Shown piece by piece: positions 43,092 to 56,745 of a stretch of DNA of 64,000 bases (position 1 is its first letter; every line of letters starts with the position of its first letter). The notes below the pieces were generated by a model that ran no database searches, was not told where the DNA came from, and saw only the letters and a program-made list of their open reading frames with translations. Origin of the DNA: Phoronis australis (Eukaryota; Animalia; Phoronida); NCBI GenBank assembly GCA_002633005.1, contig NMRA01000063.1, forward strand, positions 1,109,449-1,173,448, in the 5' to 3' direction. The position numbers and the translations under genes were made by a program.

Positions 43092-46000
43092 GTCTCCTGC
43101 ACAGACCCTCTAGATTGGCTGGGCACGCTATCCGTGACGTAAGAGTGCAAGCCTTGGGAATCAGGTTATTCACGTTATTCGCTTGCAATCCATGACAATT
43201 TCTCGCCTTATACATGAATGAAACTACGACACGCCAGGCGGTTGACTTTTGTTAGTTATATTTTGATTATATCACAATACGGGAAAACGTTTCCGTCGAC
43301 AATTAGGTATTTTTAAAGGCACGCCTCAACCCCTCTCTTTGTCTTTTAAAACAAGTCTATCATCATCGGGAAAACTCATAGTTTTTCTAAGCATCAACAA
43401 CACATTTGTCGTACCACTGGTTTGTTCCCAAAGGGAGAAGGAACCACGGTGGCACCAACGCGTGGTCAGCCGACTGATTTATCTAATGTCAGTTTAAATC
43501 AGAAAATTGTATAGAAATAAGTGCGATGTGCGGTGGAGGCGGTGCACCATGCATTGGTCAAAATTTCAATTGGAGCTGCTGGCTTTGTACGTGGCTCGCA
43601 TGTAACAAGAGTCACCACGTATGTTGCCATTGGTCAATTGACCTACAGGAAACGTTTCAGAAGTGCGTATTAGAAGACTTAAATCAAAATTCATCTGCAC
43701 ATTTTTGTCGGCTTGGCTTGTTTAGGATTTGCGCTCAGTGTGAACAGTGGCGATTTCCATTAGTATATTCAACAGCAAGTGTTGGTTTTAGAGATTTAGG
43801 TATGCCTTGGCTTAAAGTCCTACTTCCAAAGTGTCCACTGTTAGTGACTGAAGTGAATGTAAACAATTAACATGACACTCACGAATGAAACTATAACATA
43901 AACAGATCATAGATTAAGATTTTCTATTTCACTTGCGCCACCGACACGACGGAAACAAATTAGACTTATACTCCCCACCAAANCCCCCCCCCCCCCCCGT
44001 TTACCATTGATTGTTTCAGCTGACCGTGCACTACAATAAGCCGACTGGTTTGACTCTGTCAGACAGTGCGAGAACACGACTTTTGATTAAAATAAATGCA
44101 CAGTATATGTGGGTGAAACAACTTTGTGACCGGGGCATAAAGGTGTAGGAACACACGGTCGATTGACGGCATTCAGAGGAATGTATTTTTATTGATCCGC
44201 CATTAAATTTCAGTGCTACAGGCAACCACTGTAAGCTATCACATATGATTGGCTTCTCGAGACATGGAAGATCAAGTGGACATTTTCCAGAGCGTTTTTT
44301 GGAAGTTTTAAAATTCTGTAAATTTTGAATGAGTCTGACTAGTTCCGGTCATCTTATAACATTATAGTCGCCATTAATAAATGTGATCTCAAATACTCCT
44401 CCAAAATTCTGGCTTATTGATATAAGTCTCTGCTCAGTGTTTACGTTATATGTAGTTAGAGTCACCATTTGGATTTTAATTAAAAATTTATTGTTTAGTT
44501 TCACATGGACAACTGTTCTTGCTGTACTGTACATGTACCTTGAGTATGTCTGCAATAAAGTGTTATCTGTCTATCAATGTACATAGTGCTGCCAGATGTT
44601 TATTTAATAGTAACATCCAATCTTTTCTGACGCTGACGTCAAAGTGGCACAAAGAGCGTGCAATTAATAGTTTAAGCAACTGACCTGGGCGAAACAAAAA
44701 AGAACTGTAGGGAATATTAACACTTGACAAAGAGGTGTCACAATTGCCATAATCCGTGTAGAAGAAATAAAAGGTTAGAGATACAGCAATATGCACTATT
44801 TAGTCGACAGTTTTTGTCATGCCAATTAATCCTTGTCATTCTGGGATATTACGACATCCATACGTTGCAGTTCCACCATTTCAATAACAGCCAGCCGAGT
44901 GAGTCACAGGAAACAATAACTAACTTAGTCAAGGAACATCTTTTTAGCCATATCAAAACACCGAAGTGGTAATTCATTGACAACTATGGGGTCACAAACT
45001 GCCAAGACCCAACTTCTAAGTCCGGAACTGAACTAATCACATGAGTAAGGAACAAGCCGAGACAAGTCTCATGGCGTATGACAAGTGGTCAAAAGAACGT
45101 GGGATGATTTGTACTCTCCACTAAATAGACGCTATTGCAGAAGGTATGTGGGTTTAAAACATTGACACGCTTCCACATTTCAAACGGCGCCTAATATCAG
45201 TGTCCAGCAGGAGAAAAAAGATTTGCCAGGGAAAGGGTCGAGTAATAATTTACAGGGCCACGCCAATTGTCGTGGACCGCCAGGTCGTGCCGTTATATAG
45301 GCTTAGCTAGAGCATTACATCATCGGGAATATCTCATTGACCAGTCACTTTGAAAATATGCTCCTAAACATTGCACCTAAATCATCTTTAGATGCGTTCC
45401 CTGTATCAACTCACAGGCGTTAGAGTATTCTAGTTGTCACCAGTGCACTTATCCCTGTTTTGCTCCAACTGGCAATTTACGATTCAGTTTCGCAATGGCA
45501 AACGTAGTGATAACCAACTTACCCCTTCGAATTGAGTCTTGTCTGTGCTCACAACAACGTAGGACGACGCAGTGGTCATTCTACCGTCAACTTGCCATTG
45601 CTTCCTTAGGTTACATTAATAATGTACTGGGTGTAACACTTTTCGCTCGAGGGCAGACGTTACAATGAACAATCCAAAAGGCGAATGCTAGAATGAATGT
45701 ACACTCATGGATTCTACTACGCTGCACTATATCTGATACCAAATGAGATGCAAACTCGAGGTGGGCGGAGATCAGTACAAACACGGTCGACTAAAATTTC
45801 ATACCGACGGAATTGGATTGGTGTGCATAGTCAAGACTCGGGGATGCACTGTAATTGATGTTTACTGAAGACGAGCAAGTTGGTTGTGCATGTTTAAATA
45901 GAAGTGTTGCATAACTGGTGCATTGCGCGCAGTTCAGACGTCCAAGCCTGTTCATGGTCAAACTAGTCCACTTAATACTATTACAGGTTTTTCAGTCAGA

Positions 46001-47199
46001 TCGTCGTCACAGCTCTGTGCCAGATTCAGAGGACTGTCTGACTGAGAATTAATGAAATTATGTGACACAAAAAAATTTGTGAGAAGTCGCCGCTTTTGCC
46101 AGCTCAAGCAGCTTATGGAATGAGCTTTGGTAGCGGCAGATTCAGATCAATTATCTACGAAGCTGAACACTGGGGTGTTGTTCCATGCTGAACAATCCGG
46201 CAGGACTATAACTTTTGTGGCATGCCTACCCCCTCCCCCTTCCCGGCATGTTATTTTCGTTGTTTTTATATTAACATTGACTCTTTGTTGAGACAATATA
46301 CACGCCACCGACTGAGAGAGGATCGCATGAACAAAGTAGAGTCATCTTTAGGGAAAATGTAAAATTTTTTCCAGTGCAACTGCCATTTGAATTATTTGAT
46401 AAAATAATGCCCATCTCAACTAGAATGTCATGGTTCAGACTCTGAGATATGAGATTTTAAGGAGTAGGAGCCTACGATTGAAAAGGTGCACTCGCGTAAA
46501 ATTATTCTTGGAGCCGTGACAGTGTAAGTTGTAACCGCCAGCTTTAATATTACATTTTGCTCTGGTGGTTTGCATAATCAGCAATTTTTCGGCAAAGGAT
46601 GCCGCTGAAATATTAGTTTACCTTTATAACATTTATTCTCTTGTACAACATGCCTGCAGCTCATATACGCAGTTGTACAATGTACAAACTTACGTGATCT
46701 ACAATCAATGTCTCTTCCTTTACCCGGCAGCTAGCTGTCTACAGTCACATTACATATTGTAGCCTACGTAGCAATTTTTAAACAGTTCTCGTCAAATTTT
46801 GAGGGTCCTCGTGGGTTTCTGTGTTATTACCTTTGCCCAACAGAGGCCGACTGGTCCAAACCTCAGTGGAACTTTTGTTTTTTGTTGTGCCGTTTTTTGG
46901 TTTTTGCCCAGGCTTCACCGTCGGCCGGGCTCTGGCCATTACGAGTTGCCCCGGGGTTGTGGGCTAGCCAAGATCCCGAAACAATTAAGGGCCACCGTAC
47001 TAGCCAACACGAGAAAAATTCCAAAGGCGGCGGTTTCGTTCAGTTGAGGCATCATCGTTATCGTTTCTAAAGCTCTGGTACCCGCGGTAGGTTCTACACC
47101 TGCAGCAGAAACCAACGAACGTTTCCGATACATGCCGGACAAATTTTCTCCCCTGCTATTTACATAACCGGGTTAGGATGCACAAAAGAAAGGCACATG

Positions 47200-47410
47200 C
47201 AAGATACGCTAAGGTACTCAGATATTTCGCTCATGTTGAATAGCAATTTCTCGCGCAGACTTACGTGATTTACGAGTTTTGCGAGTTTCTTACGTCTACG
47301 AGAGGCAAACCGGAAGCCTTCCAAAACAAATGTCTCGTGTCCCTTCTTGCGGGTCGTTTGTTAAAGCCTTAGCTTCGTCAGGAAGAAGTTCCTTGCAAGG
47401 GAACAGGCAG
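47200..47410. promoter_or_regulatory. CpG-rich MSRB1 promoter and 5' UTR, possibly bidirectional
   Basis: Directly upstream of the MSRB1 ATG; TCTCGCG (~47249), TTACGTGA and ETS-like ACCGGAAG (~47309); no repeat family recognised here. Confidence 0.5.
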
Positions 47411-47465
47411 ATGGCATTTTGTGGATGGTTTGGTAGTGAAAAGTATAAAGACCATTTTGAGGATG
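47411..47465 (+). CDS. MSRB1: Methionine-R-sulfoxide reductase B1 (selenoprotein R/X), coding exon 1
   Basis: MAFCGWFGSEKYKDHFED-G, including Cys4; 55 nt; donor G|GTAAAT, phase 1. Confidence 0.92.
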
Positions 47466-48434
47466 GTAAATTTCCGTTTGAGATTTTTTTCAATTAATAA
47501 TTTAAGCCAGTTAGTTGTAAGGGAGTCAGTGAGGTAAGACTAAGACCTGCCTCCCGTTCAGTAACGCTAGGACCTCGTTAACAAGCAAGACTTCGCGAGA
47601 TTACGTGCCGTGCGTGCGTTCAGTAACGTTAGGACCTAGCTAAAATCTAGCCAAAGTCACGTGTTCTCATTTAAAATACACGGCCTTATCTCACGTAATC
47701 TCACGAAGTCTTGCTTTTTAGCTAGGTCCTAGCAGTACTGAACGGGAGGCTGGCATGCGTTCAATAACGCTATGTAGTGAGACGTTATTTGACCTGTCTC
47801 ACTGCTGCACTGGCCTTCTGCCAAGCGCGCCATCTGTCAGCATCGAGAGACGACTGTTGTTCGTCTTTGCGACTGTCCGGCCCATATACCGGTATGTAAG
47901 GTAAGACACCTTGGGAATTCACTACAGCTAGGACCTAGCCAGAGTGATCTTATTTAAAATACACGGCAATATCTCATGTAATCTCGCGAAGTCTTGCTTT
48001 TTAGCGAGGTCCTAGCGTTACTGAACAAGAGGCGGGTGTATGGTAATTCGAATCTGCAGTCTGGTGTAAACAACAATCATCATTCTAATTTAGTTAGTCC
48101 ACCCACAGCTTGCCCAATGGTTATGTCATGGGGCAGGGTTTGTAGTCTTCATTGGTAACTGGTCAGCCGCTAGGCAATATCACTTGTGGATGCCGTGCAA
48201 GGCCTACAAACAAGCAAACCTAGGCGTGGTGCCAAGGTTTAAAGCTGCATACTAAAATAAATATACAGGTTTGCGCTGATGTGGGTGAAAAATTGACCAA
48301 ATAAAATCATAAAACAGCGTCACCTATTGGCCAGTTTCTTTTTTCTTCTATTCCTCATCCAGCTCTTCTTCCATGATGATGCGTACAATAACATATCACA
48401 ACAGATTATGGGAATTGGTTTCATTTCGTCATAA

Positions 48435-51020
48435 TTTTTATGCACCCACATATAGATATCTATATGTGGGTGTTTATTGCCATCATCATTCACTGGGAAC
48501 CTGGGCGTCCCGCGTCTGCAGCTGTATCTCCTAAACCCCTTGCAGGATCTTAATGAGATTTAGTAGGTGTGTTCCTAAACCCCTTGCAGGATCTTAATGA
48601 GATTTAGTAGGTGTGTTCCTATGAAGCTGTATCTCCTAAACCCCTTGCAGGATCTTAATGAGATTTAGTAGGTGTGTTCCTATGAAGCTGTATCTCCTAA
48701 ACCCTTGCAGGATCTTAATGAGATTTAGTAGGTGTGTTCCTATGAAGCTGTATCTCCTAAACCCCTTGCAGGATCTTAATGAGATTTAGTAGGTGTGTTC
48801 CTATGAAGCTGTCACAGGATGACGACTATTTTCGGACCAATCTGACTACCGCTATTCCCCCTAGTAGTAATTTTGGTTTTTTTACGGTTGCGTCTGTATC
48901 TTTGTAATTCTTGGATGGATCTTCGTAGAATTTGGCAAATACCAGGGTTTTCCATAGATGGGCAACTCCGTGAAAAGGTCAACCCAGAGACAAAAAATTA
49001 CAATTGTGGCTACACTAACATTTCTGGTCTCATCTGAAAGCCCATTCTATCTAGTTTCAGGACCCATCTTAAACTGTCCTATCACTTCCAATGTTTTGCC
49101 TAAATGGACCCATTTTTGGAGATCACTTGACCCGAAAATTTTCATGTGTGTTGCTAATTTTTGTCATAAAAAGCTAATTATGGGGTTTTCACTACTATCT
49201 AATTTGTGCAATCACATGAACCCCAAACTTTATAAAAAATAACATTACAACTTTGGCGCATCACTGACCTATTGGGGTCAAAGGTCAAATCCTGGGTATC
49301 ATGGTCCCATACGTCTTGTCACAAAAAAGTGTTAAAAAGTTACATCGAAAATTTTTAATCAAAATTAAAATAATGTCAGATTCTCTTTTAACTTGTTACT
49401 CAATACTATTGCCCAAAATTTTGTATCCCAGAGATTATTCTTTTAGTTAGAAATTGCGTGACAGACGTACAGCAAATTTGTACGTCCGTCACTCCCATGA
49501 AATTGCAATTTTTCATCCAATAAAAATAGCCTTATTACTTTCTAAACTTGCATAAGATAAAATGTATCTCACACCTGAGAACCTTGAAACGATAAAATAT
49601 TACAAAGGCAGCTTTAAAATTAAGTGAAGTTGTTACAGATTTTAGCTAAATGCATTGATTTTTTACAATTTCAAAAGTATTTGTAGAAAAGTTATAGTTT
49701 ACAATGTCATCTAGTTATTCTTAGTAGAATTCAACTTATTGAAATCAAACAGTTGGACCACATTGTAAAATGTAAATAAAATGAAATGTTAATTTAATGA
49801 ACTTATTGTTTTTCTGTTAGTACCCTGTGTTATCGGTAGTTAAGAAATGGGATTGTCATTCACATTAATAGAAACCTGTTTGCCATGTTTCCATCAATGA
49901 TTTTTAACAGTTTCGAGTCCATTTGTGGCGTTTGCCTCTTTATCCGCTAAAGTACTTGGAGGGTTATTATGAAAATTGGCAGATACATCCATGATGAGAA
50001 GGCCACAGCTGTCGTTGATATTCAGATGGGTTGCCCTACTTTTCATCTACGGCTATGTCTCCTTAACCATTTTTAGGATGCTATAATATAAGTTTTTCAT
50101 GGTTCGTGGCAATGTTGAGCAGGTAAAAATTCACTTGCTACGAACTTGTAGTTGATTACTCGGATGTTTCCACCCTCATCTGAGGGTCTTTTTCAACGAG
50201 TGAATTACCCGTGCTTTGTTGACCAAATCCAGAATGGGGTCATATGCTCGTGGGAGATGTAGACCTTGGTCTCAGTTCATGGTGGGCTGTCTGTTCCTGA
50301 TGGCTTCTTAAACTTTTCAAGAGAACCAATGTTCCTTTCTGGCTAGAACTTGATTATCCATGTCTGCAGTTTGGTCATACTGTGGACAGGGGCAATGTCC
50401 ACCATGAACCAAGACCAAGGTCTACAGCTCCCCCTCGTATATGACCCCATTGTAGATCTAGGTCAACAGTGCGCGGGGTTGAAAAAGATCCTTAGATGAG
50501 GGTGAAAACGTCATGAGTCATCAACTACAACAAGTTCGTAGTAAGTGAGCTTTTACCTGCTCAATTTTAGGATCATTATGAAATTTGGCAGATGTGTTCC
50601 TATGGAGCTGACAACAGTTTCAGACCCATTCGACTACCACTGTGCCCCCATGTGGCAGTTTTAGTTGTTTACATTTGCCTCTTGAATTTTGGGAATGCGT
50701 TGATGGATTTTTGTAAAATTTGTAAAATAGGTTTCTATTAAGGAGATAATGATGGTCTGCCATTTTCGTATGGGTTTGATGTATTTTTGCATCACCTAGT
50801 GGCTATTTTTAGTTTTCCCAGTGACAATGATTTCTGGACGGATTTGACAACTGTAATGCTTCCTTGTGACGATTTTTGTCTTTTTTGCTTCCTCAGCTAT
50901 ATCTCCTTACTCCTTTGAAGTATCTTTGCTAAATTTTGCAGGAATTAGTTTTATATTATACGGCTACTTAAGACTTATGGATGCTTCTGACTATCGCTGT
51001 ACACATACCTCTCTTGTTTT
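48435..51020 (+). mobile_element. HINE copy C with nested insertions (MSRB1 intron 1)
   Basis: Start TTTTTATGCACCCACATATAGATATCTATATGTGGGTG (palindromic), end CTCTTGTTTT; contains a ~61-bp tandem array (48520-48811), a probable TIR element (~48942-49878) and a Penelope remnant. Confidence 0.75.
50115..50564 (-). mobile_element. Penelope-like retroelement 3' remnant with inverted pseudo-LTR
   Basis: ~170-bp inverted arms; the - strand reads VLARKEHWFS*KV*EAIRNRQPTMN*DQGLHLPRAYDPIL, a decayed GIY-YIG C-terminus; TGAAAAAG...GATGAGGGTGAAAACGTC resembles PLE pLTR ends. Confidence 0.8.
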
Positions 51021-51143
51021 CTTCCATTAACAGATTATTTAAACATTCTTTAGTGTTTTTAAATGGAAATAAATACCTTTGAATTTTGAACTTGTAAGAT
51101 TTGTTATCTATGAAGACTGGTCGAGCATATCATTTGCTTAAAG

Positions 51144-52075
51144 ACACAAGAGCAACGCGGAGCGTTGAAATGCGCCCACGAATGCACTGCAAACGGTGTG
51201 CTTCTAAGGTGGCCACTAGATAGTGCAAAATATTTTGAATCCAGCGGAAGCCAAAAAAACAGACTTAAAAATAGTAAAAATGGCCACTAGATGGCGCAAA
51301 ATGCCTCAAATTCATCCGAAAATGAGAGGATAGCGTCAGCTCATTAATAGATGCCTATGTGCGAAATTTCGTGAAAATTGGTTTAGGACCTTTGAATATA
51401 CAGAGGCAAATGTAAAAAACTGAAATTGCCACAAGGGGGCACAGCAGGCCTTTATCCAGGATTTCGAAAATAGGGTGTCCAAAATGAGGTTCCCAATATT
51501 CCAGGGCGTCCATGATTCCGACGCATAACCCCCCACCACCAGCAATCCCCCCAAACACAGATTTTTTTACAAAAAATGCATAGACCAAGCGGTTTTTACA
51601 TCTAAGTTTACAAAACAGCCTTCTGTATTGAGCATTATTACTAAAAAAACTGTAGACCCAGTGTGAGCATAGCATAGTATTATACATTGTATATTTCTTC
51701 CTGGTTTGAAAAAAGAGCCCCCCACTGTGAGCCTTCAGAGGCTTCCTAGTATTCATTGCAATGTGCGAGTCCATACTTGAAAGGTTCCTATTGAAAGTGG
51801 GCGTGCAAATGATACATTGGGCATCCTTGCCAGGGCATCCAGATTAGTGCTAGGGCGACCAAATGGATGCCCAGGACGTACGCTGCATAAAGGCCTGGGG
51901 CACAGCAGTATTTGGGTCCGTCCGAAACTTTTCGCCCTCTGTCGTCAACCCCATAGGAACACACCTGCCAAATTCCAATAAGATCCCACAAGGGGTTTAG
52001 GAGATACAGCCACAGACGCCCAGACAGAGATGACGGCAATATGCACCCATATATTAATATGTGGGCGCATAGAAA
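51144..52075 (-). mobile_element. HINE copy D
   Basis: ACAAGAGCAACGC...GAAATGCGCCCAC through ATATGTGGGCGCATAGAAA. Confidence 0.8.
51445..51897. mobile_element. hAT-like non-autonomous element nested in HINE D
   Basis: 11-bp TIR CAGGCCTTTAT/ATAAAGGCCTG; exact 8-bp TSD GGGCACAG. Confidence 0.9.
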
Positions 52076-53422
52076 TGGGGAACAAAGATCCTTCGTGTTT
52101 GTTCAGAAAGTTTTCAACAGAAAAGTGCGATCACGAAAGCTTTGTGGGTTTAGTCAGTCATGCTAAAGACACTTTATAACATCTGAGATGCTGTAAAGTA
52201 CCTCATAAATCAAGGCCAGTGCCAGAGGATGAGCTCCTACTAACCTAACTGAGCAGCACCAGTCCTGGGATCAAATCATATGCGATGTTCACAGAAGAGA
52301 ATTTGGTGCCGGATTTCACCCAAGCAGAAGGTGTTGTACCCTGAACACCTAAAATGACAGTCAGTCCAGTGGCATAGCGAGCACCTCCTTGCCCCCGCCG
52401 ACACCTCAAGTGGCACACCCTCACACCACACCACCCCAGTCAGTAGCTGTGTAACCCCCCCAGTCACCAGATGCCTGGTGCCCCCCCCTTGGACAACACC
52501 TGTTTGGCACCCCCTTCAGCAGGCGCCCTAGAGCACGTGACCCCCTCCCCCCTTTCTACACCACTAGAGGCTGTTAGAAATCCTGACCTTTATTTGTTGA
52601 ACTTAGTTGACCTAATGTCTGTCACTAACTGAGTCATTAACAATTTTTTTTTCCATGAATTGTTTTCTATTGACCTTGAATGTTTGCCCCACTGTTGAAA
52701 ATTCGATTCGTTGTCGTGGGTGACGGGGGCAACCGGCAGAAACTAAAATTTATAGCAATCTCGGGGACATTACAATATGAACGCAAAATTACAATAAGTT
52801 TTGACCGAATTGATGAATTTTTGCACTGAACAGAGGGCCATGGCCCCCTTGGGTGCCCCCTCCCCCTTCCTATGCCAGTGGCTCTCACAACAAAGATAAA
52901 AATGGGAGCAAGGCAGATTGGGCTTCTAGTCATGTCAACAGTCTCCATGGAAACAAACAGCAATGCCATCTATAATATAGACAAAGCAGTAATAAATTAG
53001 GTACAATTTTTTATAATAAGTAATAATCATCAGTGTGGTTTTCAGGGAATGGTAATTAGTAATGCCGTCTTCTTTTTCTCTAAGATACAAGCTTTTTACG
53101 TTATGTTTTGCAAGCTAATTACATGTTCCAAGAGCCCCCCCCCCTTCCATTGGTGGTTGTGGTGCAACTGAGAACTGGCAAATGGGACCAAATGCAGTTT
53201 TTGTAATGCTTCATAAGACTTTTTAGTTTAGATTATGAACAGGTTAGGAATGGCTGAACAAATTATAAGGTCAGTTTTTGGAAAGGCGGAATGTGGCTGC
53301 TAGAGTCCAAAATTTGGCCGAAAACGGCTTTAGAGAAAACCTTCAAAATAGCCGTTTTTGCTACACAAAATGAAAGTATACAAATTTGAAAATGAATTTT
53401 GAAAATTGTGCCATTAAATTTT

Positions 53423-53566
53423 TCAATCACAGTCCTTTCAAAGCATATCACTCATTTTTATCAGCTTCTATATACATGCTACTAAAATGCATTCAATCAC
53501 AGTCCTTTCAAAGCATATCACTCATTTTTATCAGCTTCTATATACATGCTACTAAAATGCATTCAA
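53423..53566. repeat. 70-bp tandem duplication
   Basis: Two apparently identical copies starting at 53423 and 53493. Confidence 0.9.
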
Positions 53567-53710
53567 ATGTGTCTACTTTGACGCCCAATTTTGCAACTTT
53601 TTTACATGTTACCAAACCAAACTTGTGCTAAGTCTAAAAAAATCTGTGATTTTGGATATAGACTCTACCTGTTGGTTTTGATGTGGAGTCAATCTTAATT
53701 TCTATTGCAG

Positions 53711-53853
53711 GTATATACGTCTGTTCCAAGTGTGACAACGAATTGTTTTCCAGTACTCGTAAATTCCAGCACTCCTCAGCATGGCCAGCGTTCACTCACC
53801 CAATACGGCCAGACAGTCTCCATAAATATGAAGAGTCAAAGAGGGCACTGAAG
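53711..53853 (+). CDS. MSRB1: MSRB1 coding exon 2
   Basis: TTGCAG| acceptor; GIYVCSKCDNELFSSTRKFQHSSAWPAF...ALK, containing the first Zn-binding CxxC; donor AAG|GTCTGT; 143 nt. Confidence 0.95.
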
Positions 53854-54071
53854 GTCTGTACCGGGCTTTGGATTCTTCTTATCATGTGCAATCAATAAAG
53901 CTTCATAATAAGGCCCAATAGCTGATGCTGGTCTGTTTTCTTTTTTCTATAATGGAGTCAGTCGCATGGTATTTTTTCTTAGTTGCTCACTGTTTGAAAA
54001 AATGAAAATAAACCCGAGATGAAAAAATGGTGCAGGTTTTGTTTTGTTTACTCGTTGTTTGGAAAATCATA

Positions 54072-54276
54072 GCAGCTTTACAAGCCTTGCTTACTCTTGC
54101 TTACATGTCTTTGCAGCTTTACAAACCTTGCTTACTCTTGCTTTCATGTCTTTGCAGCTTTACAAACCTTGCTTACTCTTGCTCTCATGTCTTTGCAGCT
54201 TTACAAACCTTGCTTACTCTTGCTTTCATGTCTTTGCAGCTTTACAAGCCTTGCTTACTCTTGCTTTCATGTCTTT
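54072..54276. repeat. 41-bp minisatellite
   Basis: 5 copies of GCAGCTTTACAARCCTTGCTTACTCTTGCTTTCATGTCTTT. Confidence 0.95.
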
Positions 54277-54675
54277 GTACAGCATTACAAAAAAAACACA
54301 AGGCCTTGGCTGAAATTGAAACAGTCAGTTTTTTTAGCCTGTGAATGCTTGTCTCAAAATGAGTGAAAGTGAGACCACAACCAATATGCTTTTGTGGCTT
54401 AAACTAAGATTAAGGAAAATCTTCCTAGCGGTATTAAAGCTTTATCTTCTGTTCAAAAGCAAGTTACTTAGGCCACTTATGAAATTCATCTTTAAGATCA
54501 AAACTTTTTACAGAAAGGCACAACTTTAATGTCACTTTAACTATTTTAGAATAAATTAATTTTCAGATAATCTACATTTTATTTCTGGTAAATGTTTTAA
54601 TAATGTTCAACGGAATAAGTTATTTTCATGACCACTGGAGTGCCACTCGTTCCACAAATAACTTTACATTTGGCC

Positions 54676-54831
54676 TTCCTGTTGAACACTTCCTGTTGAA
54701 CACTTCCTGTTGAACACTTCCTGTTGAACACTTCCTGTTGAACACTTCCTGTTGAACACTTCCTGTTGAACACTTCCTGTTGAACACTTCCTGTTGAACA
54801 CTTCCTGTTGAACACTTCCTGTTGAACACTT
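54676..54831. repeat. 14-bp minisatellite
   Basis: About 11 perfect copies of CCTGTTGAACACTT. Confidence 0.97.
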
Positions 54832-55896
54832 ATGGCTGCAGTAGTGCATGTGACTAATAGGTTGAAGACTGGATGACTCGCATTCATTAAAATTGCTTGT
54901 AATGACTTAATACTGGTCCGTACTCTATAGGAACACTCTAGAAAACTGAAAACAGATAACACTAATGACAATTGTTTACATGTATATAACTTCCGACATT
55001 TCAATGTTAAATCAACCCAAAATTCAGGATGATAGAAAACCCACAAAACTTTAAAAGGGCCACAACTAATCGTGACCTACAGAAAACAGTTTGACCCGAG
55101 TAGTAGCAGTAAATACACACATGATCAAAACTACCTTCAAAGGATGAGTTCAGTAGAGTCCAAGGTTGCTATTCAGTGATGCCCTAGCATTCAGCTCAAC
55201 AATGGCAAGGCTATTTGATGGTCAACTATAATTTGGTACATGCCTTAGTCTTCACCTAATCTCCTACTTGTCATGCCAACATCAAACAGACCACACTGAC
55301 AATGGACTGCTGGTTTGCACTTGATTTCTTAATAATATTCAGTTGATGACAGGAAGCACTCCTGGATGAGTCAGCATGTCTCATGTTGCATGTATGGCTT
55401 AAGATGTGAGCTCCACTGTCAGTCTCACTTCAGTATTGCTGCTACGTATATCAGTGTTAATGTCAGAAGTTGACTGTGGGTTTAGTTTAAAAGGTAGCTA
55501 TGCTTTGTGACTGCCCGTGGATGGCAAGAGAATGATAAAATCCAATAATTAATTTATTATTTAATAACCACTAAGTAATGCAAGTGAAACCTGGTGTTAT
55601 TAAAGAACACTAACGCTGAAGAAGTGTAACTACGCTAGCACGCTCTGTAAGGATAACTTCAATCAATTTACCATAAATAATCTAACGTCTTATCTGCTAT
55701 CCAAGCTGTAAGACTCGACACTCGTTGGATGACAGTCCTGTTGGTCAATCTTCAAACTAACACACTCTATACAGCAACACTGTACTTGCTGGTCATAGTT
55801 CCAAGTTTGTAGTATCGTTGTACCCTCGATACACTAAGGTGGTCACACTCCTTTGTGACACAACGACATCTGTAGGCAGTATCTGACCTCCCACAT

Positions 55897-56151
55897 TTCC
55901 TCTTGCTGGTCACAGTCCCTCGTGATGCAACACGTGCAGGCAGTATCTTACTACCCATGATTCCTCTTGCTGGTCACAGTCCCTCGTGATGCAACACGTG
56001 TAGGCAGTATCTTACTACCCATGATTCCTCTTGCTGGTCACAGTCCCTCGTGATGCAACACGTGTAGGCAGTATCTTACTACCCATGATTCCTCTTGCTG
56101 GTCACAGTCCCTCGTGATGCAACACGTGTAGGTAGTAATTTACCACCCATG
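55897..56151. repeat. 64-bp minisatellite
   Basis: 4 copies starting TTCCTCTTGCTGGTCACAGTCCC at 55897, 55961, 56025 and 56089. Confidence 0.95.
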
Positions 56152-56745
56152 CAGCAAGTGACAAACTCTTAATTAACTTTCTGTTCGTTAACCCTTGCCC
56201 AGATCCTCTTTAGAATCTTCCACGAGATGGCTCTGTTGTACTATTTATTCAGTACACTGAAGCAAATCCTATAGCTTCAACTACCAAATTCCATCTGGCT
56301 ATTTTCCAGTTTTCTGCTCAAATTATAATAATGCACTTACTTAATGATTGCCTAATAAAAACCACATGATCTTATCTAACCAATCATTTGCTGTTATTAT
56401 CTGAAGTTTCTAGAATCCTCTTAGTACATTGACCCCATAACTAAAAGAGGTAAACATCATCCAAAAATACACAGACATAAAAATTACATATAAACAAGTT
56501 TTACCCCATGGTTTTAAAAGTACATATGCACAAATTTTGGGCAACTTCAATGGAACTAACTCTACTAATTACATAATCAATGTTTATTTGGACAGTTATG
56601 CTCCAAAATCTGCAGTGGTTCATTTCCTAAACAGCACTAATCCATTCCTAAATCCCATGATTGGATATAACCTGCTTGTTGTGCTTTGCTGATAGCACCA
56701 GTTCTATGTTTGTGATGTTTGGCTTGATAATCAATTTAATTTCAG

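Noticed and set aside
46745-47230. Telomerase RNA candidate: CCTAACCC on the - strand near a putative TSS, with U-rich and A-rich tracts downstream
   Set aside because: An 8-mer is expected about once by chance in this much sequence. I could not build a convincing pseudoknot, P6.1 or H/ACA domain by hand. An Infernal search with metazoan TR models would settle it.
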